From Octopus vulgaris (Eukaryota), in NCBI GenBank assembly GCA_951406725.2, contig OX597822.1, positions 63,860,001-63,924,000 on the forward strand: 64,000 nt of DNA, read 5' to 3'. The translations under genes and the position numbers were made by a program. The notes beneath the pieces were generated by a model. It had not been told where the DNA came from. It saw only the letters and a list, made by a program, of their open reading frames with translations, and made no database searches. Shown here one piece after another: positions 11,540-23,906 of this stretch (position 1 is its first letter; each line of letters begins with the position of its first letter).

Positions 11540-13376
11540 CTAAATGGAAGAAGGAAAAAAAAAAAACATAAATTATTGTATCAATATAAACAAACATGGA
11601 AAACATAGCATAATTTTTCTTGTTTCGGCATAATGCCAATTTATGGAGAAGAATTGGTATGTTATTGTTGTTATTTAGCCCTTGGTCAGGACTAACTGAA
11701 TAAACCTATGTTCAAAAGCATTCCAGCTGTGACCATCTCAACTATTAATAATTGAGTATCTGGAGCACCATTATCCAATGTATGCATTTTCTTTCTATTA
11801 AGAGAGTAGGGTTGAATTTAAGGGATATTAGCCTGCTATTTCAAAAATGTCAAGCGACAACATATGGACTCAGATTCAGATATTGATCAGTCACTAGAAT
11901 ATAATTTCAGACTCGAGTCAAAAACAAATAGTCAAGGGCATGAGTTAATAAATTGGCAGAGTTATTAAGTGCCGCAGAGTTCAAACCCCATCAAAGTCAA
12001 CTTTTCCTTTCATCTGTTGAGAGTCAAATAAACGATCAATCCAGGGCAATGGACTGGTAAAACTGTCAGATTATCAAATGACATGCCTTGTAGTACACAT
12101 ACTGACTAGTTTCTTAGATTCTGACAGTAATACCTGTAATATCAGTGATGATTGGATGTGCTTGCCCTTGCCATTTCCTCGGAAAACCTCCAGGGCATGG
12201 AGAGGGAAAATTTGAATGTATGAGTAATTGCTGGTCAGCCTTAAAAAATCTTGCTTATACCTGTGCTTTAGAGAAGAGCTTTGCTTTACAGTTTCAACTA
12301 CTTAGCAAAGTAACACTTCTAGGAAAGACATAAAGTTAAAGCCTGTTTTGAGTCTTCAAGCTCATTAGGGCTGGGGCATATCGCATTTTATGAAATATTT
12401 AAGAGACAGTGTAGAAGACAGATCCTTAAATGGAATATCTGCCCATCACAGGTTTAACTCCCACCTGGTGCCAAAACTCATTTGCAGCTGAGTTGAGGCA
12501 TGACTGATGATATGGCCATGAATCAGACCTTACAACTGGTGTGGTTGTGCCATGTTGTTGAAGAAGGCATCAAAATTCTGTTTGTTCCAGTTTTCCAGAC
12601 TAGGTGTATAAACAGGGGGAAAAAAAAAGAAAAAAAAAAGAAACTCCAAAACAAAACTGTCTCCAATTTGTTTGATTCACAGTTGAGTGGTTAACAACAG
12701 GAACAATGGGAAGTACGTGCAATTGTAAAAGCAACAGTTTTCAGCAAACTCACCATTCTATCTATTATACTTGGATGGGAAGAGGGAAGGAACGGACTAA
12801 ATATATTAAAGAGATAAAAAAAACAAAGCAAAAAAAAAAAAACAAACTCATGATGCATATAAAAATGTAAATTATCCAGAAAATAATCAAACATCACATT
12901 GGGAAATGGAGAGAAAAAAGAAGAAAAAATATTGCAAATTTGGTAATATTTAAACAATCTACAATCAGTGTAAAAGTATAAATTATTCAAAAATAATCAA
13001 AACACAAATAATATTAGTCATTAGGCTAATGTTTTCTTCTCCTAAATGTATAAATATTATTAATTAATTAGATTTTTTCACCTTTCACTAAAAACTATGA
13101 TTGGTACGAACTTAATATCATTATTGTTGTTTAGTTACAGTCACCATTATTTAGCATTTATTTTTCTGCGCTTGCATGGTTTGGACAGAGTTTATTTGTG
13201 ACAGATTTTGCTATGGTTCGGCCAGGCAAGTTAATATTTCCCCATGGCTAAACATGTTCCTGCAGAATATTGGAAACGAATGACACTGCTTGTATGATAG
13301 TGGCACTCATTTACAACTATCACACAATGCCAAGACAAGGAGACACAAACATACATATATAAGAACACAAGAGGGG

Positions 13377-13460
13377 TTCAAAATTCAGAACAGCTGTTTC
13401 GGCGATACATTCTTAGATTACATCATGACAAAACCCCACCATCATCAGGTAAATTTCAAA
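13377..13460 (-). ncRNA. Type I hammerhead ribozyme motif with palindromic stem III
   Basis: ttgaaatttac-CTGATGA-t-ggtg...cgcc-GAAA-cagctg-T-T-ctgaattttgaa. Confidence 0.6.
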
Positions 13461-15032
13461 CATATAAACAGGTAAGGTAGAAACAGAAGATGACCAGTTC
13501 GCCAACAACTATGCTGAATATATATATATATATATATATATGTTTGTGTATATATATATATATATATATATATGGCATCTGATATGGCTTTTTAAACCAG
13601 ACGATTTTCTGAAAAGACACCCACATAGATTGCATATTCGATTTGGACCACCAAGAGCTGCAGATACCTTCTGATCTTTGTGGATCTTAAAATGTCTTTT
13701 AAGGCCTCAGTTAGATTTGCAAACTGTCTGGAATACAGTGCATTGAAATATGTGCATAGATATATACGCAGAATAGATGGTGGAGGTTCGTTTTCAATGG
13801 GTTTTCAGGGACATGTCACCTAGGTAGGCAGTGCCTAACTTGAACAAAATAGATCGATAGCAATATTTTCCTTTTATGGCAAAATATGCACCTAATTCAA
13901 TTAAATTATGAAGGTTACTCTGATTACTATGCATAAAATGCAAAATATTTTATTTTTTTATAGATTAGGTAAGCATAATTTGCCCCTACTTTCCAATCTC
14001 AGTATTTAAGCTATGCATAGTATTGCTGTAGTACAAGTGTTGTGTACACTCCAACAACACTGTTTTCTTTACGTGCTATAATGGCAGAAGTAAATCTGCC
14101 CCCAACTCAGTCACGCGCCTGTTTTTCACTTATTTTTCATGTGTTTTACTACATAGAGGTCACCATCTGCTTACCCGTAACTACTGACGCCACGTGCCTG
14201 ATATATATATATATATGAAACCATAGTCATGGCTGATACTGGTGTCATGTAACTGGTACCCGTGCTGGTGGCATGTAAAGAGCACCTTTCAAGTGTTGGG
14301 CCTCTCGGAGGCAATGACTGAGACCTTTGGCATTATGCTGTGCTTGAGAAGACCCATCAAGCCAAATAAAATTGCAGTCGTGGAAGATACCAATGTCACA
14401 CAAATGGCACGTAAAAGCTTCCCTTACACTCTTGGAGTGGTTGGTGTTAGGAAGGGCATCCAGCCATAGAAACCATACCAGCATGGACAACGGATGCTAA
14501 ATGATGATGATGATGATCACAGTATTGACCAGACTATCAGATGTTATACATCGCTGATCACAATGCACTTTAAATTTATCTTAGCTTTCAAATGATGCTA
14601 CCCCAATGGCTTGGTGAGCAGATTAACATTCCCTCTGATCAGAAGGCTAAGCCATCGCAGTGTTACTCATTTACAGCTGAGCGGGCAGGCACAACATGAA
14701 ATGAAGTGTTTTGCTCAAGAACACAACATACTGCCCAGTCCAGGAACTGCACCCATGATCTTGCAATCGCAAGTGCAATACTCTAACCACTAGGCCATTT
14801 GCCTTCACACATCTATATCAAATTTTCCCCCGCAAGTCTTTGGCTGACTTGAGGTTAAGGCAGGAGACACTTGCCCAATCTTCTGTGCTGTGAACTTGAT
14901 CTCAGAGTCACATTTCAGCAAAATAAACTTCTTAATCACCCCTGAGTCCGTGTCTATATACAAAATATCCTTACATGTCAGCATTGATTATCAAAATTGT
15001 TCTGATGGATGAAATTTATTTTCATTACTTAC

Positions 15033-15177
15033 CAGTCAGTGGTTGGAACTTCACATTACTTGCTGTGGTGACAGTTTTACCGCGGCGGCTGCCTTTCTTT
15101 TTAAAGCGTATCTTGTAACCAACTATTGGACCATTCTGGTGATCTTTTGGTGGGGGTTCCCAACGGACTATGATGCT
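15033..15177 (-). CDS. NEO1/DCC: Exon: FN3 middle (SIIVRWEPPPKDHQNGPIVGYKIRFKKKGSRRGKTVTTASNVKFQPLT)
   Basis: aacag and gtaagt; 145 nt, phase 0 to 1. Not in the ORF track. Confidence 0.95.
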
Positions 15178-15299
15178 CTGTTAAGAAAATAATTGAAATG
15201 TTGTTAAAAAAAACAAGATTTCTAGAAATTCTTTTTAAGACCTTGTTAAAGAAAGCTTTGAAGAGTGTCAAACCGTTATTTAAAATGAGAAAGGATAAT

Positions 15300-15765
15300 A
15301 AAAGGTGATGGGCTCAGTTTTTTTGGGATGCAAAATGAATTGGATTTATTGACTATCTTTAAAAGAGTCACACCATCAATGGAGAGTACTATGCCAACTT
15401 GCTGAGGCAGTTATGAAAGGCTATCAAGACCAAATGCTCAGGAAAGCTATGCAAGACTGCGGCTTTGAACTGGTTGACCGCCCTCCTAATTCTCTTGATT
15501 TGACTCCATCTGACTATCATCTGTTCATGAATGTGAAAAAACACTTCGCTGGGAACCAGTGTCACAGTGATGATGATGTCATATCTGCTGTTGATGACTT
15601 CTTTAACCAACAGAATGAAAGCTTCTTCACCGAAGAAATCAAAGGACTGCAAGACTGATGGAAGAAGTGTGTGAACTACAAAGGAGACTATACTGAAAAA
15701 TACACCTCATTGGGTCACATTCCACGAGAGTATCTTGGTCAGCCTATGAACTTTTCAGCTGATCC
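15300..15765 (+). pseudogene. Degraded Tc1/mariner transposase fragment (internally deleted)
   Basis: VMGSVFWD, TINGEYYANLLRQL and PPNSLDLTPSDYHLF (a YSPDLAPSDYHLF homologue); stops and frameshifts. Confidence 0.85.
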
Positions 15766-16734
15766 ATCTATGTATCATTTAAGCAGTTGTGGTGCCTAAG
15801 ACATGATGGTTGCACTATAGTTCCAGCAACTCAGCCAGAAGAACAGGTGTAAGAAAGTTTCACTTCAACAAAAGTGTCAAAGTGTTATGGAATGCTACAT
15901 AATGGACAACAAGTATAGAGTCTCATAGTAAAGAAGATCAGTACAACCTAGAATAATCATTCATTGCTATTTGTGAAAGTCATAAAATAGATCAGTCTGA
16001 AGATGGAGAGTCACTCTGAGTGTTCAGACAAAGAAGATTTGGATAATCTTTGTCCAGTTTCATTAATGACTCAGTCAAGTAGGGACCAAGATTCTGTTCA
16101 TGAAGGAAGTTCTTCACAGACTAGAGACCTGGTTCCTCCCCAGTGCTTTGTAACAGAGTGAAAACGTCTAAGGTCTCCCATGGACCCAATGTTGGTGTCA
16201 AACTGAGGAATGGATTAAGCCTCACACCCAAAAATAAGCAGACTTCCACACAATTTCCATCAACCAAATTCCATTTTCATTAAAGGCTTTCATCATTGAC
16301 CCAATACTGTGGGTAGGTGTCACAGTGTGGGATTGAGCTCAAAACCTTTTAGCTGTGAAGCGAATGTGTCAACCACACAGTCGTATGGCATAGGACCTTA
16401 CTGCTATCAACAGAATCTAAGCTTCTGGTAGTAGAAAAACAAGAGATACTTAAATATGTAAGATTAAATTAACGACTAAATAAAAAGAAATATAAACCCT
16501 AAATAAAAACTCATATAAGGTAGATGGACCCTTTGGTCCTATTACAGACAAAATCCTTTTGTGCTGGTGGCATAAGAAAAATGTATTCAGTCCATACTGT
16601 AAAGCATAAGGGACAGGAAAGTAGCCAGTTGTAAAATCCATGTTTAAAAAGGAAAACAAAAAAACGAATAGGGGAGACATGAACTCTACAAGATGTAGTA
16701 AAGATTATATGTCTAAGAGAAGAGTGTTGCTGTT

Positions 16735-17000
16735 GTTTGTTCCTTCTTGAGCCATGTCTGGCTCATAAAGGCTGGTTTCCCCATCTGGATAGGACACCAG
16801 TCTGCGGCAGGTGAGCTGTTAGATGCAGGAGGAAGAGTAAGATAAAGTTGTGACAAAAGAGCCAGAAGAGGTTCACCATTATCTTCAATGGAGCTTAGGT
16901 GTTTTGCTTATAAACACACGCATTGCCTAGTCTGAGATTCGAACTTGTGATCCCTTGACCATGAGTCCGCTGCTCTAACCAATAGGCCATGTGCCTCCAC
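16735..17000 (-). mobile_element. SINE family C copy
   Basis: Reverse-complement match to 7037-7334 and 32831-33116. Confidence 0.65.
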
Positions 17001-17354
17001 TGAGAGAGGTGTACTCTGAATTAATTAAAAAGAAAAGAGAAAAGCCCCTAAAACATTGACACAAAGTAGGAAGGTTTGAAGTTGTTTTATACAGAGCTTC
17101 TCTAATGCCAGTAAACCAGTGGCATGATAAAGCATGCCCTGTTTAGACTGTGAAGTGATTGTGGTGATAGAAAACGACAGAAAGACGTAGGACCTATAAA
17201 AATAAAACATTACACAATGAACAGAGGTGATGTGGTGTTTGTTAGCAATCAAAAAAGATAATATTGATGGTGGTAGTGGTGGTGATGTTTGTGATTGTAT
17301 GTATCATTATGAAGATGATGATGATGCTGATTATGATGAGATTATCTAGTTTAC

Positions 17355-17692
17355 CGTTGAGCTTGTTGCTTCCAGAGTGAAGTTTGTTGGAGAATCAGAA
17401 GGAATATCTGCTTTGGTTTTGGCAACAAATTCCTCTGTACTCATTCCCGCACCATTCTCATTGTGAGCTTCTACTCTGAAGCTGTAATCACGAAACTGTT
17501 TCAAGTTCGTCAACACATACTCCAGGCCTCGTACTTCTATTGCGGCTTCTTTGTTGGCTCCGACTTCATAGTAGATGATTTTATAGGATCTAATCTTTCC
17601 GTTAGGCTCTTCTGGTGGTTCGTATTTCACCCTTATTGATGTAGGGGACACTGCTTCAGCAATGGCATTTCGTGGAGGACTTGGCACACGCA
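17355..17692 (-). CDS. NEO1/DCC: Exon: FN2 and start of FN3 (RVPSPPRN...FRVEAHNENGAG...DIPSDSPTNFTLEATSST)
   Basis: gtttag and gtaaac; 338 nt, phase 1 to 0. Confidence 0.95.
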
Positions 17693-17734
17693 CTAAACAA
17701 AGAGAAATAAGTAAAAATAGAAATAACAATAAAC

Positions 17735-17955
17735 CTTTCTACTATAGGCACAAGGCCTGAAATTTGGGAGAAGGGGACTAGTTGATTGCATTAACCCCAG
17801 TACTCAACTGGTACTTAATTTATCGATCCTGAAAGGCTAAAAGGCAAAGTCAGCTTCGGCAGGATTTGAACTCAGAATGTAAAGATGAGTGAAATACCGC
17901 TAAGCATTTTACCCGGTGTGCTAACAATTCTGCCAGCTCACTGCCTTAATAATGA

Positions 17956-17992
<37 letters not shown>

Positions 17993-18405
17993 TCTTTCTA
18001 TTAAAAGCACACGGCCTGAGGGGACTAGTTGATTACATCGACCCCAGTGTTACACTGGCACTTAATTTATCAACCCTGAAAAGATGAAGGGCAAAGTTGA
18101 TCTTGGTGAAATTTGAACTCAGAATGTAAAGATGGACAAAATACCACTGAGTACTTTGCCTGGCATGCTAACGATTCTGCCAGATCACAGTCTTATTAAT
18201 AATAATTTTATATTGGTTTCAGATTATGGCACAAGGCCAGCAAGTTGAGCGGTGATGGAAAGTCAACAACATCAACCCCAGTGTTCAAAAGGATGAGAGA
18301 CAAAATCAACCATGGCAGAATTTGAACTCAGAATATCAATTAGGAAAAAATGCCACTAAGCATTTTCCTCAACGCTGTAACGATTCTGACAGCTTACTGT
18401 CTTAT
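17735..18405 (-). mobile_element. Three head-to-tail SINE family B copies separated by (AAT)n
   Basis: Repeated ggcacaaggcc...accccagt...gaatttgaactcagaa...ctgccagctc unit. Confidence 0.8.
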
Positions 18406-18835
18406 AACAAAAAAAAAAAAAAGTATTGACAACAATTTTTATAGAACATAGCATCATTATAATGCAATTACAGTATGGAAGACATATTAATGATTAAAAA
18501 AGCACACAAAACTTGTTATTTTCATTTAAACATTTATTATTTGTTGTTAACAGTCTTTGCGTGTTTTCGAATGGCTAATCTGTATATTTCATGTTGTAAC
18601 TGTTATAATTTCAACGTATGGTCTCAGATCAAATCACCCGTCTGGCAAGTATGCTTCTGAAACTATTATAATGGCAGATTTGGTAGAGTTCCAGGTTTTG
18701 TAGTATTAACCCAATTACCGTTGAAGCTGGCCATATCCAGTCCAAATATTCTACCAATTTTATGTTCAAACCATCCAGATCTGGTATTTTAAACCTACCC
18801 TGCAATGTCAATCTAAAAATTAACAAATTATAGGT

Positions 18836-19244
18836 GTAGGAGTGGCTATGTGGTAAGTAGCATTCTTACCAACCTCATGGTTCAGGGTTCAGTCCCACTG
18901 CGTGGCACCTTGGGCGAGTGTCTTCTACAATAGCCTCAGGCCGACCAAAGCCTTGTGAGTGGATTTGGTAGATGGAAACTGAAAGAAGCCCATCGTATAT
19001 ATGTATGTATATATATCTATGTGTGTGTGTGTGTGTGTTTGTTTGTGTTCTATGTTTGTCCCCCTAACATCGTTTGACAACCAATGCTGGTGTGTTTATG
19101 TCCCTGTAACTTAGCGGCTCGGCAAAAGAGACCGATAGAATAAGTACTAGGCTTCCAAAGAATAAGTCCTGGGGTCGATTTGCTCGACTAGAGGCGGTGC
19201 TCCAGTATGGCTGCAGTCAAATGACTGAAACAACTAAAAGAGTA
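18836..19244 (+). mobile_element. Full-length tRNA-derived SINE family A
   Basis: A-box tggctatgtgg, B-box ggttcagtcc and an internal (TA/TG)n; other copies at about 5185-5620(-), 7700-8035(-), 22255-22590(-), 29730-30115(-), 31990-32370(+), 38870-39460(-), 39690-40080(-), 55495-55870(-) and 56085-56405(-). Confidence 0.85.
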
Positions 19245-19617
19245 AATGCATCAACAAAATCTCAAACCTATGAGATAATGCATGATTAATTCAAAACAAT
19301 GTGAATAAATAAGCATTACATGTGACAATAATCTGAATGCTGAAGGGCGAAAAATCTTTCTTCAAAAACTCATGTTAATTTAGATCTATTCATCAGTTTA
19401 ATTATACTTTCTACTATAGGCACAAGGCCTGAAATTTTGGGGGAGTGGCTAGTCAATTATATCAACCCTAGTATGTAACTGGTATGCATTTTCATTGACC
19501 CTAAAAGATTGACAGGCAAAGTAAACCTTGCTGGAATTTGAACTCAGAATGTAAGGAGAGATGAAATACAGAAAAGCATTTTGCCCAGCGTACTAACAAT
19601 TCTACCAGCTTGCCGCC

Positions 19618-19846
19618 TTAACCCTTTTGTTACTGTATTTATTTTGAGATGCTCTGTGTTTCTTTCAATTACTTTAAATATCACAAAGACTTTAGTAAAA
19701 TAACTTAGTTATCATTAAGCCAGTGTTAGGAACATAATTTGTGACTAAGGCTTGGTGGAAGATTTTAATTCAAAACTTATGAAAACAAGATATTCTGTAC
19801 TCATAGCCAAAGCTGGTTTCAGCCAGGTTGGTATTGAAAGGGTTAA
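19618..19846. mobile_element. piggyBac-like MITE between SINE B copies
   Basis: TTAA-cccttttgttac ... gtattgaaaggg-TTAA. Confidence 0.75.
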
Positions 19847-20310
19847 TAATAATAATAATAATCCTTTATTATACTATAAGCATAAGGCCTGAAATTTTGG
19901 CAGGAGGGGACTAGTTGATCATATTGACCCCAGTGTTTCACTGGTACTTAATTTATCAATCCTGAAAGGATGAAAGGAAACGTCAACCTCAGTGGAATTT
20001 GAACACAGAATGTAAGAACAGATGAAATACCACTAAGTATTTTGCCTGGCATGCTAATGATTCTGCCAGCTTGCTGCCTTATCCACCAGTTTAATAATAC
20101 CAAAGCTATCTTACTAAATTCATCGTTATTTTCAAAATTGACTGAGATAGAAGAGTTAATTGGAAAAGGCAGCTTTCTTACTGAATTAGAATTTTAATTT
20201 CTGTTCCCTCTTTATTTTTATTACATTTGTTTTTTGTTAAGCATTTCAAGCCAAAGAAACAAAGATTAATATGTATGTATATATATATACATAACATACA
20301 TATAAGAGAG

Positions 20311-20525
20311 ATGACCACTATGTGGATAACCCTTATGCTAGAAGTAGTTCTGCTATGGTCTTACCACTAAGAAAGGAATGTTCTCAAGAAAATTTAGCCT
20401 CTTTTCATTTGTCTTGCTCACTTACGTTCTGGCGTTTGCTAAATTTTCTTGAGAACATTCCTTTCTTAGTGGTAAGACCATAGCAGAACTACTTCTAGCA
20501 TAAGGGTTGTCCGTGTAGTGGTTAT
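20311..20525. repeat. Long inverted repeat: 88-bp arms, 39-nt loop
   Basis: 20311-20398 is the reverse complement of 20438-20525 with 5 mismatches. Confidence 0.95.
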
Positions 20526-20533
20526 TCCTTCAG

Positions 20534-20603
20534 ATTTTAATATGCTAGACCACCGGTTTTAAATTGATATTTTAATATGCTAGACCACTGGTTTTAAATT
20601 GAT
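20534..20603. repeat. 35-bp tandem duplication
   Basis: attttaatatgctagaccac(c/t)ggttttaaattgat x2; related in reverse orientation to about 31095-31165. Confidence 0.85.
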
Positions 20604-21940
20604 ATTAATCAAATTAATATTCAATTTTTTACCCTTATTATTTTAAATTTATGTGTGTGTATGTATAAAAGTCGTAATAATGAAGTCAAACCAAATAGTG
20701 ATATTTTGAAATAATTTAATATGTATGTTTCAGGTCTGTATAATACATAATAGGAAATGCATCCATTACGTAAGACCTTCTTCAGTTAAAGCAATTCCCA
20801 TCCAAGGTATTTATATGTTTTACACACATGCACACACACACAGATGTGGCTGTGTGGTTAAAGTAGTTTGCATCTTAACCATGTGGTCCTGGGTTCAGTC
20901 TCATTGCACAGTACCTTGGGCACCTTCTACTACAGTACTGAGCTGACCAAAGCCTTGTGAGTGGACCTGATAGATAGAAACTAAAAGAAGCCTGCCGTAC
21001 AGATATATATATATATGTGTGTGTGTGTGTGTATGTTTGTGAGTGTGTATTAGGGTTAAGATGATAGATACATATATATATATCTGATGTTTTATTGCTT
21101 TCATTGAATTCAACTCAATCTTTATAGAACAAACAGAAGAGGTGGGGAGGGTGGTGATCTATATTATCACTCAGCCTAATAAATGAAAACAAACCATGCC
21201 AGCTCACAAGCAGTAGCCAAATCTCCATGTCATATTCTCCTGCTACTGTCATATGAAAGGCTGTATATGTTGTATGATGAGGTCAAGTCTAACAGTTGAG
21301 GTCATGCCAAATATGTGTGATGGGGCTAAGAGGGAGGGCTACAAAAGAAACTTGCCCAATTCTGATTCTAAATCAAACAAAATTCAGTCAATTTACATTC
21401 CAGACCAAAGATTATTTTGGCTGGAATGTTGGCTTTGCATATCAAATCTGCTTTTATTTTTTTTTGTTTGTAAGCAACAACAAAGAGCAGTGGCCGACCA
21501 TTTGTTAATCTGGGCTAATCTGCTGCTCGTATTTGGATTAACTACTAAGGATTATGGAAAGTAATTGTGTGTGTGTGTGTGTGTGTATTGTAACAGTTTG
21601 TGAACTTCAACTGATGTTTTCTCCTAAACTGATAACATGGGATTATTTCACACCAGTCTAGTCTACTGTTGTACATTGAAAGCTTTAAGATGAGATTTCA
21701 ACTTTGAATTAAAGTTAATCCACAGTCTTAAGATTATTGTTCAATTTTTTGGTAGAGAAAGATATACATATATTTGTAAACATATTGTTTACATTAAATA
21801 TTAAGGGATTTGACAGCATTCCTTAATATCAATGTCCAAACCATACCAGCATGGCATACGGAAATTAAATGGTGATGATGAGTAACAATAAAGTATAAAA
21901 ACGGTGAATGGATCTCTAGAAGTTTTGATGAGTATTCTAA

Positions 21941-21972
<32 letters not shown>

Positions 21973-22870
21973 ACACTTTTTTATACCAACCTACCAGAAA
22001 CTGTCCTTGGTTCAATGATACAAATTTCTTGTTTTAAAGCGACCTAAATTAAAATCCTCCATCAGAATTTCATGTTGTTTCAAACACCAGCTTAATAATG
22101 GTAGTTATTTTACTAAATTCTTTATTATTTTCAAAATTAATTTAAATCAAGGCAGTGTATTTCAACAGAAATATAGTTTCAAATTTTGGCACGGGTCCAA
22201 CAATTTTTGAGGTAAGAGGAAAAGTTTGAAGGGATTAACAACAGGTTTTTTTTTATGTGTTTCAGTCACAGGGCTGCACCTATGCTAGGGTACTGCAGCA
22301 CTGAAGGTTTAATTGATCAAATGGACCCCAGTACTGACTTAACTCTGGTACTCTATTGATCTCTTTCGAAGAATTGCTAAGCTACATGGATGTAAACAAA
22401 CCAACACTTGTCAAGTGGTAGGGGCAACAAACACTAAGGCACACAAACAATGGGTTTGCATAGTTTCTGCCACAAGGCTTTGGCAGGCCTGGGGCTATAG
22501 AAGAAGACACTTGACCAAGGTGCCATTGAGTGGGACTGAACTCGGGAGCACTTGATTACAAAGCGAGTTTCTTAACTACATGGCCATGCCTAAGCCTGTC
22601 TAGACATTTTTTTTTATTGTTTGGTATTCTAATAAAGTTCAGAGGTTTTTTACTATTGATTTCAAATTTTGGCACAAGACCAGCAATTTTGTGAGGGAGG
22701 GAATAAGTCACCTGGTACTTATTTTATTGACCCCAAAAGGGTGAAAGGCAAAGGTGACTTCAGCAGAATTTGAACTCAGGACATAAAGACAGATGAAATG
22801 CTGCTAAGCGGTTTGTCCAGAAATGCTACGAATTCTGCCAGCTCGCCCGTCTTGTCAAAGAGTTTTAATA

Positions 22871-23632
22871 TCTCTCTCTATATAAACGGCAGTTTGTCTG
22901 TGCGTGTTTCTGTGTGTCTGTTTGCTTGTACCCTCACCCTGACCACGGCTCTCAACCGATTCTGATGAAACTTGACACACACATAGCCCAATGTCATAAT
23001 TCAAAACTAACGCAGCGAAAATTTTGAAAAGTTCCCCCAGTTCTGAAAAAAATCGATAAATTCGACATGGGGTCGAGAATCAGAAACACAAACCGCAAAC
23101 TGTCTAGGGGACGCAACTCCACCTTTTTTAACTAAAAAAAAAAATTACCATAATTTTTTTCCATTTTTTTGCTATTTTTTGGCTATAACTCTCTAAAAAT
23201 GCTTTATAGTTATTTCCCTTACAAACCTGAGCAACGCCGGGCGATACTGCTAGTATATATATAAAACTGAAGTTGTCTGTATATGGCAGGTTTGGTGGCC
23301 TTCAACTAACACCATCTCCTCCGAGACCCTGCGGCGCGAGTTGACCAAAATTGAGAGTATGATAGAAGAAGGCTTCCGTAGAAGAAAAAATTCCAATCGG
23401 ACCATGTTAACACCAAAAATTATTTATATCAAAAAGGTGCTTTTTTTTCTATGAAAATCCCTATTTTTTAACGATTTTTTGACTGCTGTGTCGCCGTTTT
23501 TCAGTGTATTTCAACCAGAAAATGTTCAATTAAAGAGAATAACAAGCTACATAATGCAAAATTTTTACTTTTCAAAAATTCCAATTCTAAAGGCTCGAAA
23601 CAAACCCAAGCAACGCCGGGCGATACTGCTAG
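22871..23632 (+). mobile_element. Two tandem non-autonomous Helitron-like elements (22871-23253, 23254-23632)
   Basis: 5' A|TCTCT..TATATAAA; both end in an identical GC-rich hairpin-like 3' end, gcaacgccgggcgatactgCTAG|T. Confidence 0.75.
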
Positions 23633-23763
23633 TTAGAATTATAAATGGTAAAACTCTTATTCATTTGTTTGACATCTTGTAAAAATTATTCCAGTTTTTG
23701 GATCATTGCAGGAAAAGTTAGTACTCCTGGTTCCCAGGGGTGTAAGGGTTGGTTGGTTCTTAC

Positions 23764-23906
23764 CTTCTTCTTCAGATTCAACTTCAATAACAACGGCCTT
23801 TCCAGGGCCATGAGAGTTGTATGCTTGAACTCGGAACTCATAAACTGTATTCGGCTTTAGGTGTTGAATTGTTGCTTCCAAACTGGTTGTATTCATAACT
23901 CGTTCT
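23764..23906 (-). CDS. NEO1/DCC: Exon: FN1 C-terminal half (ERVMNTTSLEATIQHLKPNTVYEFRVQAYNSHGPGKAVVIEVESEEE)
   Basis: ttttag and gtaaga; 143 nt, phase 2 to 1. Confidence 0.95.
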
